The notes beneath the pieces were generated by a model. It was not told the origin of the DNA. It saw nothing but the letters and a program-made list of their open reading frames with translations, and ran no database searches. 64,000 bases of DNA, taken from an uncultured Gemmatimonadaceae bacterium. Lineage in GTDB: Bacteria; Gemmatimonadota; Gemmatimonadetes; Gemmatimonadales; Gemmatimonadaceae. Where the stretch lies: the NCBI GenBank assembly GCA_963829055.1, contig CAWHHI010000005.1, positions 96,001-160,000 on the forward strand, written 5' to 3'. The position numbers and the translations under genes were made by a program. Shown here piece by piece: positions 42,408 through 52,891 of this stretch. The first letter of the stretch is position 1. The number at the start of each line of letters is the position of its first letter.

Positions 42408-43420
42408 GCGACGCGCGGCGCCTCCTCCCCGCGATTCTCGCGCTGCACGATCGCATCCGCGCGTCGGTGCTCGACGCGTTCGCGACGCGTCACCGCGACG
42501 ACCTGTCCGGCGTCGCGCACGATGACGAAGGCGACACCATCTACGCCGTCGACCGTGTGAGCGAAGCCGCGCTGGTCGATGGGCTCGACGGAGATCGCGC
42601 GCGAGGAGCCGCTGTGCCTCGTCGCCGAGGGACTGCCGACCGGCGGCCTGACGCTGCCCGCGGGCACTCGCGACGCGGATTGCCGGTGGCGCCTGCTCGT
42701 CGACCCGATCGACGGCACGCGCGGGCTCATGTACCAGAAGCGGCCGGCCTGGATCCTCACCGGCGTCGCGCCGAACCGCGGCCCCGCCACTCGGCTCCGG
42801 GACATCGTGCTCGCCGTGCAGACGGAGATCCCGCTGCTCAAGCAGCACCTGTGCGATCAGCTCTGGGCCGTGCGCGGCGACGGCGTTCAGGCTCAGCGGA
42901 TCGATCGCCTAACGGGAAGCGTCCGTTCCGCTCGACGCTCCGTCCGTCGCACGCGACCACGCTCGCGCACGGCTTCGCGTCCGTCAGCCGATTCTTTCCC
43001 GGCGCGCGCGACGTCCTCGCCGCGATCGACGACGAAGTCGTGGCCGAGGTGATGGGGCAGGCGGTCGCGGGCAAGGCAGCGTGCTTCGAGGATCAGTACC
43101 TCTCCACCGGCGGCCAGCTCTACGAGCTCATGGCGGCCACGACCGGTTCATCGCCGACATTCGCCCGCTGCTCGATCGCCCGTTCTCGCGTCGCGCAGCC
43201 AGCCACGCCCCCTGTGCTGTCATCCCTACGACCTCTGCGCGATGCTCGATCGCCGAGGAGTGCGGCGTTAGGCTGACGGACGCCGCGGGCGAACGCGCTG
43301 GACGCACCGTTCGATCTCGACGCCGACGTCTCGTGGGTCGGCTACGCGAACGACCGGCTGCGCGCGCGGGTCGAGCCGGCGCTGCTCGGCGCGCTCGCGC
43401 GGCGCGGACTGTTGCCCAGC
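42404..43420 (+). CDS. Inositol monophosphatase family protein (frameshifts; end approximate)
   Basis: [26 protein letters not shown] and CHPYDL. Confidence 0.8.
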
Positions 43421-44908
43421 GTCGATCCTCTCGACCGCGGCCCCGGTGCGCACTCGCACGCTGAGCAGCTGACTAGCCGCCGGCGACGTGGCGGTGGTTC
43501 GCGCCGGCACTCGAGCGTCGTTCGGTCGCTGCCGGCTGCCGGCGTCGGGCCACTTTCTCGCCGCCGACGAGCCCGTACTCATCGCGCGCGCGCCGGGTCG
43601 CCTCGACGTCATGGGCGGAATCGCGGACTACAGCGGCTCGCTCGTGCTCGAGATGCCGCTCGCCTGCGCGACGTTCGCCATCGCGCAGGCGCAGACCTGC
43701 GCTTCGACTCGACGTCCTGTCGCTGCGCGGCGGCGAGTCGTTCCGCTTCAGCGTCGAGCTCGCTGAGCTATTCGACTGGCGAACTGCGAACGCCTGAGCG
43801 CACTCGCGGCGTGGTTCGCCGACGCGACCGAGCCGATCGGTGGGCTGCGTACGTCGTCGGCAGCGTCTATCGATGCCTAACGCTGGCAGGCGTCGACGCA
43901 CCTCGGCACGGGCTGCGCCTGCTCATCACGTCCGACGTACCCGAAGGCAAAGGCGTCAGCTCTTCGGCCGCGCTCGAGGTCGCCGTCATGGCCGCGACCG
44001 CGGCCTGCTACGACGTCCGGCATGGACGCCGCCGAGCTCGCGACGGCGTGTCAGTGGGCAGAGAACCACATCGCCGGTGCGCCGTGCGGGATCATGGACC
44101 AGATGACATCCGCGCTCGGCCGCCAGGACCGGCTGCTGCGGCTCCGGTGTCAGCCGGCGACCGTCGAGGGACACGTCGACGTTCCGGCGGGCTATCGCTT
44201 CTATGGTATCGACAGCGGCATTCGTCACGCGGTGACCGGTTCCGATTACGGGACGGTGCGGACGGCGGCGTTCATGGGGTATCGCATGATCGCCGAGCTG
44301 GCGGGATTGCCGGCGGAGCCGGACGGAGCGCGCGTGCACGTCGCGGACGATCGTTGGCGCGGCTATCTCGCGAACATCCCGCCTGACGAGTTCGCGACTC
44401 GATTCGCGGAGCGGCTCCCTGAGCGAATGCGCGGGCGCGGAGTTTCTGGCGCGGTATGGCGGCGATCACGGATACGGTGACGCGCGTCGAGCCCGGAGCG
44501 ATGGTATCCGGTTCGTCAGGCGACGTCGCATCCGGTGTACGAGCACGAGCGCGTGACGCGATTCGCGGAGTTGCTGGCGACCGGGCTCGACCGAGCTGAC
44601 GCTGCGGTGGAGGCGATGGGCGCGCTGATGCTGCGCTCGCACGCGAGCTACGGCGCGTGCGGGCTCGGCAGCGATGGCACCGATCGTCTCGTGGACCTCG
44701 TGATGGAGGCGGGACCCGCGCGCGGACTGTTCGGTGCGAAGATCACGGGTGGCGGCAGCGGCGGGACGGTCGCGATTCTCGGAACCGATGCGGCGCGTGG
44801 TGCGGTGCATCACATCGCGCGCGAGTACGAGCGAGAGACGGGAGGACTGCGGTCGTGTTCGACGCGTCCGGACCAGGGGCGGAGGAGATCGGCGTGCTGT
44901 CATCCTGA
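43412..44908 (+). CDS. GHMP sugar kinase resembling the plant L-arabinokinase kinase domain (frameshifts)
   Basis: [76 protein letters not shown] and [13 protein letters not shown]. Confidence 0.8.
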
Positions 44909-45214
44909 ATCCGCATCGACTCGGGAATCGGCATTGTCTCGGCAGCATGGCCAGTTGATCAGCACTGAGTCGCGTCAGTACGAGGTATCAGGCATCAGGG
45001 CACTGCGGGTACGGCGCGGGAACGGCGACCCAAGCCGGCGGATACGGGACTGAAACCTGATGACTCCTACTGAGTGACTGGCGCACTTGGTACTGGCCAA
45101 GCCTTGCCGGATGGGCTGCCGTCTCGCGAAACTCGAACTTGCTTTCAGCAGTTCCCTCATCATATGTTAGGCAAGCAGCACTCTCCTTCCCCGCGAAGGA
45201 GCCAAGCTCCCGCG

Positions 45215-45343
45215 ATGATACAGTATCTCCTGCTCACCTCCATGAACCGCCGTACCGGGCCGATTTTCCTCGGCTTCCTGGGCGCAGTGCGCCTCGGAAC
45301 GTCGGAATCGGTCGCTAAGACGGCCGGAGGCCGAGCACCCTAG
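45215..45343 (+). CDS. Putative leader peptide ending ...TAGGRAP-stop
   Basis: GAAGGAG upstream; alternative ATG at 45242; ends 27 nt before a terminator hairpin. Confidence 0.45.
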   Translation: MIQYLLLTSMNRRTGPIFLGFLGAVRLGTSESVAKTAGGRAP

Positions 45344-45369
45344 AAGCGCGGGATTCGATGTCGTGATCC

Positions 45370-45405
45370 GGCCTTTCGGGTGCAGCCAACCCGAAAGGCC
45401 TTTTT
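45370..45405 (+). terminator. Intrinsic terminator/attenuator upstream of the ABC gene
   Basis: Perfect 12-bp stem GGCCTTTCGGGT/ACCCGAAAGGCC, 7-nt loop, TTTTT. Confidence 0.85.
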
Positions 45406-45435
45406 GCTGCCCCTCCCTGTCAGCGGATCACGATC

Positions 45436-47693
45436 ATGAATCAGGAAATCATTACCCGATACATCGGCCAGCCGGCGCGTCTGCCTGACGACGCTCCGCG
45501 CGCGCTCGAGCGCGCGTGGAACGGCGAGCCGATACAGCTCTACGCGCTCGCGGACCTCGACCACACGCTCAAGCTCGAGCGAGTCGTGGCTGGCGTTAGG
45601 CGCGAGCCACGTCGCGCTCGCGCGCCGGCGTCGGACGGCGCGTGGGACGATCGAGAGCGTCGAGCGCTCGCGCATGCGGTCGCTGCGCGACGTCGCCCGG
45701 CCTCAGCGCGAACACGCTGCTCATCCTCGGCGACGAGGGCGCGGCGCCGCTGCTCGTCGTGCGCTACACGCAGCGGCAGCGCGCGCGCGGTCGAGAACAT
45801 TCGCTTCGTGCTCGACGAGGCGCTCACCGGACGCTCGGTGACGCTCGACGACGCGGATCGCGTGTACGCGGACGCGGTCGCGCGCCCGGTGCGCGACGCG
45901 CAGGCGCTCGTGTCGGGACGCGAGTCGCGCGGTGATGTTCCGCCTGCTCCGCTACCTCGCGCCGTACCGTCGCCAGGTGACGCATCGGTCTCTCGGCGGC
46001 GGCGGTCGTGACGCTCGCGAGCCTGCTTCCGCCGTACCTGGCGGGATACCTGATCGACCGCGTGGTGCGGCCGACGCAGGAGGGCACGCTCACGGTCGAC
46101 GTCGCGCGACGCATGGCGTGGATCGCGGTGACGGCGATGGCGCTGCTGCACGTCGTGCGGCAGGCGGCGGCGCACCTGCGGCTGCGGCTCATGTCGATGC
46201 TCGGCGAGCTGGTGGCGCGCGATCTGCGGCCGGAGCTGTACGCGCACATCCAGCGGTCGAGCCTCGTCGTTCTTCTCGCGCAAGAAGACGGGAAGCCTGA
46301 TCACGCGCGTCACGGCGGACACCGATCGCCTGTGGGAGTTCATCGCGTTCGGCGTCGTGGACGTGTCGCTGTCGCTCGTGATGCTCATCGGCCTCGGCGT
46401 CGTGCTGCTGACGCTCGACTGGCGGCTCGGTCTCGTGATGACGCTGCCGGTGCCGGTGTTCTGCTGGCTGATCTACCGGCACGGCGAGTCGCTGAACGGG
46501 TTGTTCATCCGCGACGTGGCGGAAGTGGTCGCGCGTGACGGACATCCTGTCGGACACGATTCCGGGCATTCGCGTGGTGAAGGCGTTCAATCAGGAGTCG
46601 CGTGAGATCGACCGGTTCGACGAGCGCAACGACGGACGTGACGGACGAGATCAACCGCATTCATCAGCTGTGGACGACGTTCTGGCCGCTGCTGATGCTC
46701 GCGGTGCACGCGACGACGGTGCTCGTGTGGGTGTTGGCGGTGCCGCGGTTGTTAGGCAGCGGCCATCCGCTGTCGGCGGGTGTGTTCGTGTCGTTCCTGC
46801 TGTACACGACGATGTTCGTCGCGCCGATCGAGGTGATCGGACAGATGGTGCGCACGATCAACCGCGCGACGTCGTCGGCGCATCGCGTGTTCGAGGTGCT
46901 CGACAGCGAGCCGGAGGTGAAGGACGTGCCGGAGGCGGTGCGTCTCTCGCCGGTGCGACGGTCGGGTGACGTTCGAGAACGTGACGTTCGCGTACGACGG
47001 CGTGCGGCAGATTCTGCGCGGCATCTCGTTCGACGTGCAGCCGGGCGAGCTGATGGGACTCGTCGGACCGTCGGGCGGCGGCAAGTCGACGGTGGTGAGC
47101 CTGATCGCGCGCTTTTACGACGTGTCGGGCGGCGCGATCCGGATCGACGGCGTGAACGTGCGCGATCTCGACACGCGGGCACTATCGCGAGCAGCTCGGC
47201 ATGGTGCTCCAGGATCCGTATCTGTTCCACGGGACGGTGCTGGACAACATCCGGTATGGCGTTGCCGAGGGCGTCGTTAGGTGCGGTGGTGGAGGCGGCG
47301 AAGGCGGCGAACGCGCACGACTTCATCTGCAAGCTCGGCCAGGGGTACGACACCGTGGTCGGCGAGCGGGGACACACGCTGTCGGGCGGTGAGCGTCAGC
47401 GGATCTCGATCGCGCGAGCGATCCTGCACGACCCGCGGATTCTCATTCTCGACGAGGCGACGAGCAGCGTGGACACGGAGACGGAGCATCAGATCCAGGA
47501 GGCGCTCGATCGGCTGATCGCGGGTCGCACGGTGTTCGCGATCGCGCACCGCCTGTCGACGCTGCGCAAGGCGTCGCGGCTGTTCGTGATCTCGGAGGGC
47601 CGGCTGGCGGAGTCGGGAACGCATCGCGAGTTGTTAGGCAAGCCGGATGGCATTTATCGGCGGTTGTACGAGATGCAGTTGCAGCTGCAGTAG
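45436..47693 (+). CDS. ABC exporter, fused TMD+NBD with N-terminal extension (many frameshifts)
   Basis: [46 protein letters not shown] and IAHRLST. Confidence 0.88.
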
Positions 47694-47804
47694 ATTCATC
47701 GGAAGCCTGCTCGAGCGAGCGATCGCGCGAGAGACTCGATCGCTGAGAGCGATCGCAATCGCGTCATCTGCTGACCGCACTGCGTTGCGAGCTGACGACG
47801 TCAC

Positions 47805-48306
47805 ATGACGATTACAGACGATGACATGAATTGAACGAGGCGCCGCCGGGGCTCATGCTGCGGCTCGCGACCGACGGGCGATTGCACGTCACGGTCGACG
47901 GACGGTGCGTGCGCGGTACGGCTGCGGCAGTGCTTTCCGTGGTCGGAGCCCGGGCTGCACCTGTCGCTCCGCGACGACGAGGATCGCGAGGTCGCGATCG
48001 TCGACGACCCGGCGCTGCTCGAGCCGGAGTCTCGGCGTGCGCTGGAGCAGGCGTTGGCCGAGGCGGGGTTCGTGCTCGAGGTGACGCGCGTGCTGAACAT
48101 CGACGGAGGAAGTCGAGATCCGGCAGTGGACCGTCGAGACGCAGCAAGGGCCACGGTCGTTCCAGACTCACCTCGACGATTGGCCGCGTGTGCTGCCTAA
48201 CGGCGGTCTGCTCATTCGCGACGTCGCGGGTGATCTCTACCGGCTCGCGTCACCGCAGACGATGGACAAGCACAGCCGCGAGCTGCTGTGGGCGTTCGTG
48301 GACTAG
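47805..48306 (+). CDS. DUF1854 family protein (frameshifts)
   Basis: Joined frames give VRLRQCFPWSEP...LSLRDDEDREV, W.VETQQG.RSF and LLIRDVAGDLY....MDKHSRELL; follows the ABC exporter. Confidence 0.7.
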
Positions 48307-49295
48307 AAGCCGGAAGGCGGACGGAGGAGCGGCGGCACGGCGTGACCGGTCGCGAGAGCTCTCAGTCGGGATTCCCTCTGCACTTCCTCGGTCACGCTCG
48401 GAATTCCGGCGAGGTACTCGGCCACCGTGGCCGTTGCCTCCTCGTGTGGAAAGTGTCCGACGCCCTCCAGGTGCTCGGTACGGAGCAGGTTCCCGAGGGA
48501 CTCGAGCACCTGCAGCTCGGCGGAATCCGGCTCTGCGGGGTGCGGCACCATGCCCAGGATGACGGTGGTCGGAACGTGCACGCGCGACACCAGCGTTAGG
48601 CGCGACTCCGGCTCCCGCGCGCGCGAAAGACGCTTCGCCATCGCGATCACTTTGGAGAGATGGTCCAGGAACGGATCGGTGTACGCGCGCTGCGTAGCCG
48701 AGTCGAGCCACTCCTGATGCCCTGCGTTCTGTCGCAGGCCGCGGATGATGCGCCCGCGGACGAAGCCGCGACCACCCGGAAGTCGAACAATGAAAGGCAC
48801 CAGGCTCAGCGACGACGAGAATACCTTCGTACGATTCTCGGCGAGCGCGCCGACGTCGAGGAGATACAACGCCGAGACGCGCGTCGGCGCATTCGCGGCG
48901 AGTCGGAGCGCGACCCCGGCGCCGTGTGCGTGGCCAACGACCCGCGCCGAATCGACGCCATACTCGGCGAGCAGAACGTCGACGTAGCGCGCGAGCGCGG
49001 CGAACGTGACATCGGAGGAGTCGACCGCGAGGCGATACGGGTCGATGATGATGACGCGATGGCCTCGCTCGACCAGCTCCACCTGCAGTCGCCGGAATCC
49101 CGCGACGCCTCCGACGAGGCCGCTCAAGAGCACGTACGTCGCCGGACCGGTGCCGCTGATCGTCAGAACCGTGGAGTCACGACGCGTTGGCTGCGCGCCG
49201 AGCGCCGTGACTTCTGTCGCTGCTGTGACGAACGTGATGACGAACGCGAACGCGCACCACCGGCGCGCGGCGCACCAACCGATCGTACGACCCAT
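48303..49295 (-). CDS. Alpha/beta-hydrolase fold protein, secreted
   Basis: VVGHAHGAGVAL at the nucleophile elbow, PTTVILG and GVGHFPHEE. Confidence 0.8.
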   Translation of the reverse strand: MGRTIGWCAARRWCAFAFVITFVTAATEVTALGAQPTRRDSTVLTISGTGPATYVLLSGLVGGVAGFRRLQVELVERGHRVIIIDPYRLAVDSSDVTFAALARYVDVLLAEYGVDSARVVGHAHGAGVALRLAANAPTRVSALYLLDVGALAENRTKVFSSSLSLVPFIVRLPGGRGFVRGRIIRGLRQNAGHQEWLDSATQRAYTDPFLDHLSKVIAMAKRLSRAREPESRLTLVSRVHVPTTVILGMVPHPAEPDSAELQVLESLGNLLRTEHLEGVGHFPHEEATATVAEYLAGIPSVTEEVQRESRLRALATGHAVPPLLRPPSGF

Positions 49296-49408
49296 CCTGG
49301 CAGTCTCCGTCGAAGCAACGACCTGATGGTGCGCGTCAGGCCTCACTCATCGACTATGTCGCCCGCATCGACGGAGCGCCAGCTCGATTCTCTTCGAATC
49401 GTTTCCCG

Positions 49409-52400
49409 TTAGGGGTTTCCTTTCGACGCGCGGTCGATCGGCGCCGGGCGCGGTACGCGCTTGAACGGGTTCTGCTCGAGCAGCTTCATCGCCTCCTGCA
49501 CCGCGCGCTCGAGCTGCGGGTCGCGACCCTTGATCACATCGGCCGCCGAGTATTCGACTTCGATGTCGGGCTTGATGCCTTCGTTCTCGACCGACCACTT
49601 CCCGTTCAGGTCGTAGAACGCGAGACCCGGGGCGGTGATGCCGCCGCCGTCGATGGTCTGCGGAACTCCGAGCGTGCCGACGAGACCGCCCCACGTTCGC
49701 GTGCCCACGACCGGCCCGAGCTTGCGCTGCTTGAACATGTACGGAAGTGCATCGCCACCCGAGCCGGCGGACTCGTTCACGATCATCACCTTCGGTCCGA
49801 AGATGCCGGCCGACGGCGACGTGATCGTCTTGCCATCGCGCCTCGCGAAGAAGCCCATGAGCTTTCGATCGAGCTCGTTCACGATGTAGTCGGCGACCTG
49901 GCCGCCCTGGTTGTATCGCTCGTCGATGATCGAGCCTTCCTTCTGCTGCTGGGCGTAGAAGTAGCGCGTGAAGTACGTGTATCCGCCGCCCGCCGTGTTA
50001 GGCAGCCAGACGTACGCGAGCCGTCCATTCGACAGCGAGTCCACCAGCCGCCGATTGTTCTCCACCCACGCTCGGCTCCGGAGCCCGTCCTCGGTCGCGA
50101 CTGGTACGACGGTCACGAGCCGCGAACCTTCAGCGGAAGGCGTCTTGCTGACGCGAATGATCGTCTGGCGATTCGCGGTGCCCTCGAACGCCTTGTAGAT
50201 GTTGCTCGGCGGCGTGATCGGCGCGCCGTTCACCTCGAGCAGATAGTCGCCGTTGGCGACCTGAATCCCCGGTGCGCTCAACGGGGCGCGGAGGTCGGGA
50301 TTCCAGTTCTCGCCCGAGTAGATGTGTTTGATGCGATAGTGACCGTTCTCGATCGTGTAATCGGCGCCGAGCATGCCGACGCTCACCGGCGGGTCTGCGG
50401 GCACGTCGCCCGGTCCGGTCAGATACGAGTGTCCAACGACGAGCTCACCGGCTGCCGTCGCGATGAGATAGCCAAGGTCATCGCGGTGTCCGACGTACTG
50501 CACGAGCGGGCTGTACTTCGCCCACACCGCGTTCCAGTCGGCGCCGTGCATCTTGGCGTCATAGAAGTACTCGCGCTGAATGCGCCACGTCTCCTTGAAG
50601 ATCTGCGCCCACTCGGCGCGCGGATCGACGTACGCCTCGATCGTGCGCCACGGTGATCGGACCGTCGCCGACGCGTGCCGGACGATCGCTCGGGACGACG
50701 CCCCAGCGTCCGCCGTCGGGCCGCCGCCGGCCTGATAGAGGAGTTTCTTCCGGTCGCCCGAGAGCGAGTACGAGCGAATCCCTTCGATGAACGGCGTGGC
50801 CGCGCGATCGCGCAGCACGTAGCGCTGTACCCGGAACGCGCCGGCGCCGCCCGGCATCGGCTCGGCGTAGAAGAACGAGCCGGCCGGGCCGGCGGTGAGA
50901 TTGCTGTAGTCCGCTGGCGGAACGGCGATCGACAGCACGCGCTGTGTGATGCCGGCGACGTCGATGCGCGTCGGGGATTCGGGGCGCGGACGCGGAGTGG
51001 CCGGGGCAGCCGCGGCAGCCGGCGGCGGGCTACCAGCCGCCGGGGGACCACCAGCTGCCGGCGGACCACCGGCGTTAGGCGGCGGCGCTGGCGTGCCCGC
51101 TTCGTCGCCCGCTTCGGGAAGCAACGGCGACGGCTCGGTGGCCGAGAGGACGATGAGATAGACGGAGCGGCGAACGGGACGATCGGTGGAGCTCATCTCG
51201 AGCCAGCCGACGTTAGGCCCGAAGTTCGTGCTGGCGAGGAAGTAGAGATACTTGCCGCTCGCGTCGAATGCCGGCGAGATCGCGTCGGACAGACCGTCGG
51301 TCAGCTGATGCGCTTTGCCGTCGGCGAACGAGTACACGAAGATCGCGCGGAGATGATTGTCCAGGTTCTTCGAGTACGCGATCCAGCGCGAGTCGGGGGA
51401 CCACACGGGGTCGAGTCGTGCGGCCCGGATCGTCGAACGTGTCGGAATCGATCTTCGTCGCCTTGCCTGACGCGACGTCGAGCGACCAGAGATTGAGATG
51501 GTTGTCCTGGAACGAGAGCTGCTTGCCGTCTGGCGACCACGCGAGCTCGGACGGGTACGCGACCGACGGCAGCGTGACGGCGCGCGGTTTGGCGATGCCC
51601 GTCTGCTCGCCGATCATGAGCTGGTATTCGCCGGTCGCGTCGGAGAACCACGCGAGCTGCGATCCGTCTGGCGACCACACAGGATCGCGATCGTTCACGG
51701 CGGTGCTGCGCGTGACGTTGCGGTAGTCGCCTTTCTCGACCGGGACGGTGAAGATGTCGCCGCGCGCCTCGAGCGCGACGCGCACACCGGTCGGGCGAGA
51801 GCGACGAGCTCCGAATCATGCCGGCGACGCGCTTGATTCCCGCGCGCGCCCACGGCAGATCGCCCGTCACGTCGATGTCGAGCCGGCGTGACTGTCCGGT
51901 CTTGGCATCGACCAGGTGGATGTAGCCGGCCTGCTCGTAGACGACCGCGTCCGGACCCGCCGACGCATTCGCGATGTCGAAGTCGTCGTGATGCGTGAGC
52001 TGCTTCAGCTCCTTCGTGTCGCTGTTGTACGAGAAGAGATTCGTGGTGAACGCGCGGTCGGACAGGAAGTACACCGTGTTCCCGATCCACATCGGATACG
52101 AGTCGTTGCTGTCGGTCCACGGCAGCTTCGTGACGGAGTTGTCCGCCACGTTCATCACGCGAATGGGATGCGTGCGGCCGCCGCGGTAGTGGCGCCATCC
52201 GCTCTGCTCGATCCAGCCGGGAAACATCACGGTGGAGACTTCCTCGTACGCGACGCGCTTCCCGTCAGCCGAGTAGGCACCCGTGTACGCGCGGGGCATG
52301 GGGAGCGTGTCCGGGAGCCCGCCGTCGAGCGCGATCGGAGAACAGGCGGAAGTACGACTGGTGCGGCGGGCTCAGTCGCGCCGAGCCGAACACGCACGCG

Positions 52401-52760
52401 CTTGCCATCCGGCGTCCAGCCGCGGACGCGGTCCAGCCCCGGATGGAACGTCAGGCGTGTCGGGTCGCCGCCCGCGGTGGGCATGACGTACACATCGGTG
52501 TTGCCGCCGACGGTCGCGGTGAACGCGATCCTGGATCCGTCCGGCGAGAAGTACGGCTCGGTCTCGACGGTGGGTGTCGCCGTCAGGCGGCGCGCCTGAC
52601 CGCCCGCGCGCGGGACGGCCCAGAGGTCACCGGCGTACGTGAACGCCACCTGATCCTTGCTGACGGTCGGGTGGCGGAGGAGTCGCGTGCCTTGCGCCGA
52701 GGCGAGTGAGGTGGCGCCTAACAGCAGTGTCGCTGTGAGCAACAGCGGTCGATGATTCAC
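49409..52760 (-). CDS. Tricorn protease homolog (S41/PDZ; frameshifts)
   Basis: TRLLRHP...YAGDLW, WSPDG repeats, EW.QIF.E.WR..R..FYD, IIDERYNQGG, SAGSGGD, GTRTWGG and VENEGIKPDIEV. Confidence 0.92.
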
Positions 52761-52783
52761 AATTAATCTCCGATTGACATAAT

Positions 52784-52887
52784 GTCATCCCGAGGAGCGC
52801 CAGCGACGAGGGACCTTCTGTAATAGCATCGTAGCCGAACCGGCCACGGGTGCTTCACAGAAGGTCCCTCGCTGACGCTCGGGATGA
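52784..52887. repeat. Family A palindromic element
   Basis: First 37 nt identical to the copy at 2967. Confidence 0.9.
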
Positions 52888-52891
52888 CGGC

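Noticed and set aside
43270..43500. IMPase-kinase gene fusion
   Set aside because: One frame runs across the junction, but local indel density makes the boundary unreliable.
2967..52887. CRISPR array
   Set aside because: Repeats are dispersed palindromes, not direct repeats with regular spacers, and there are no cas genes.
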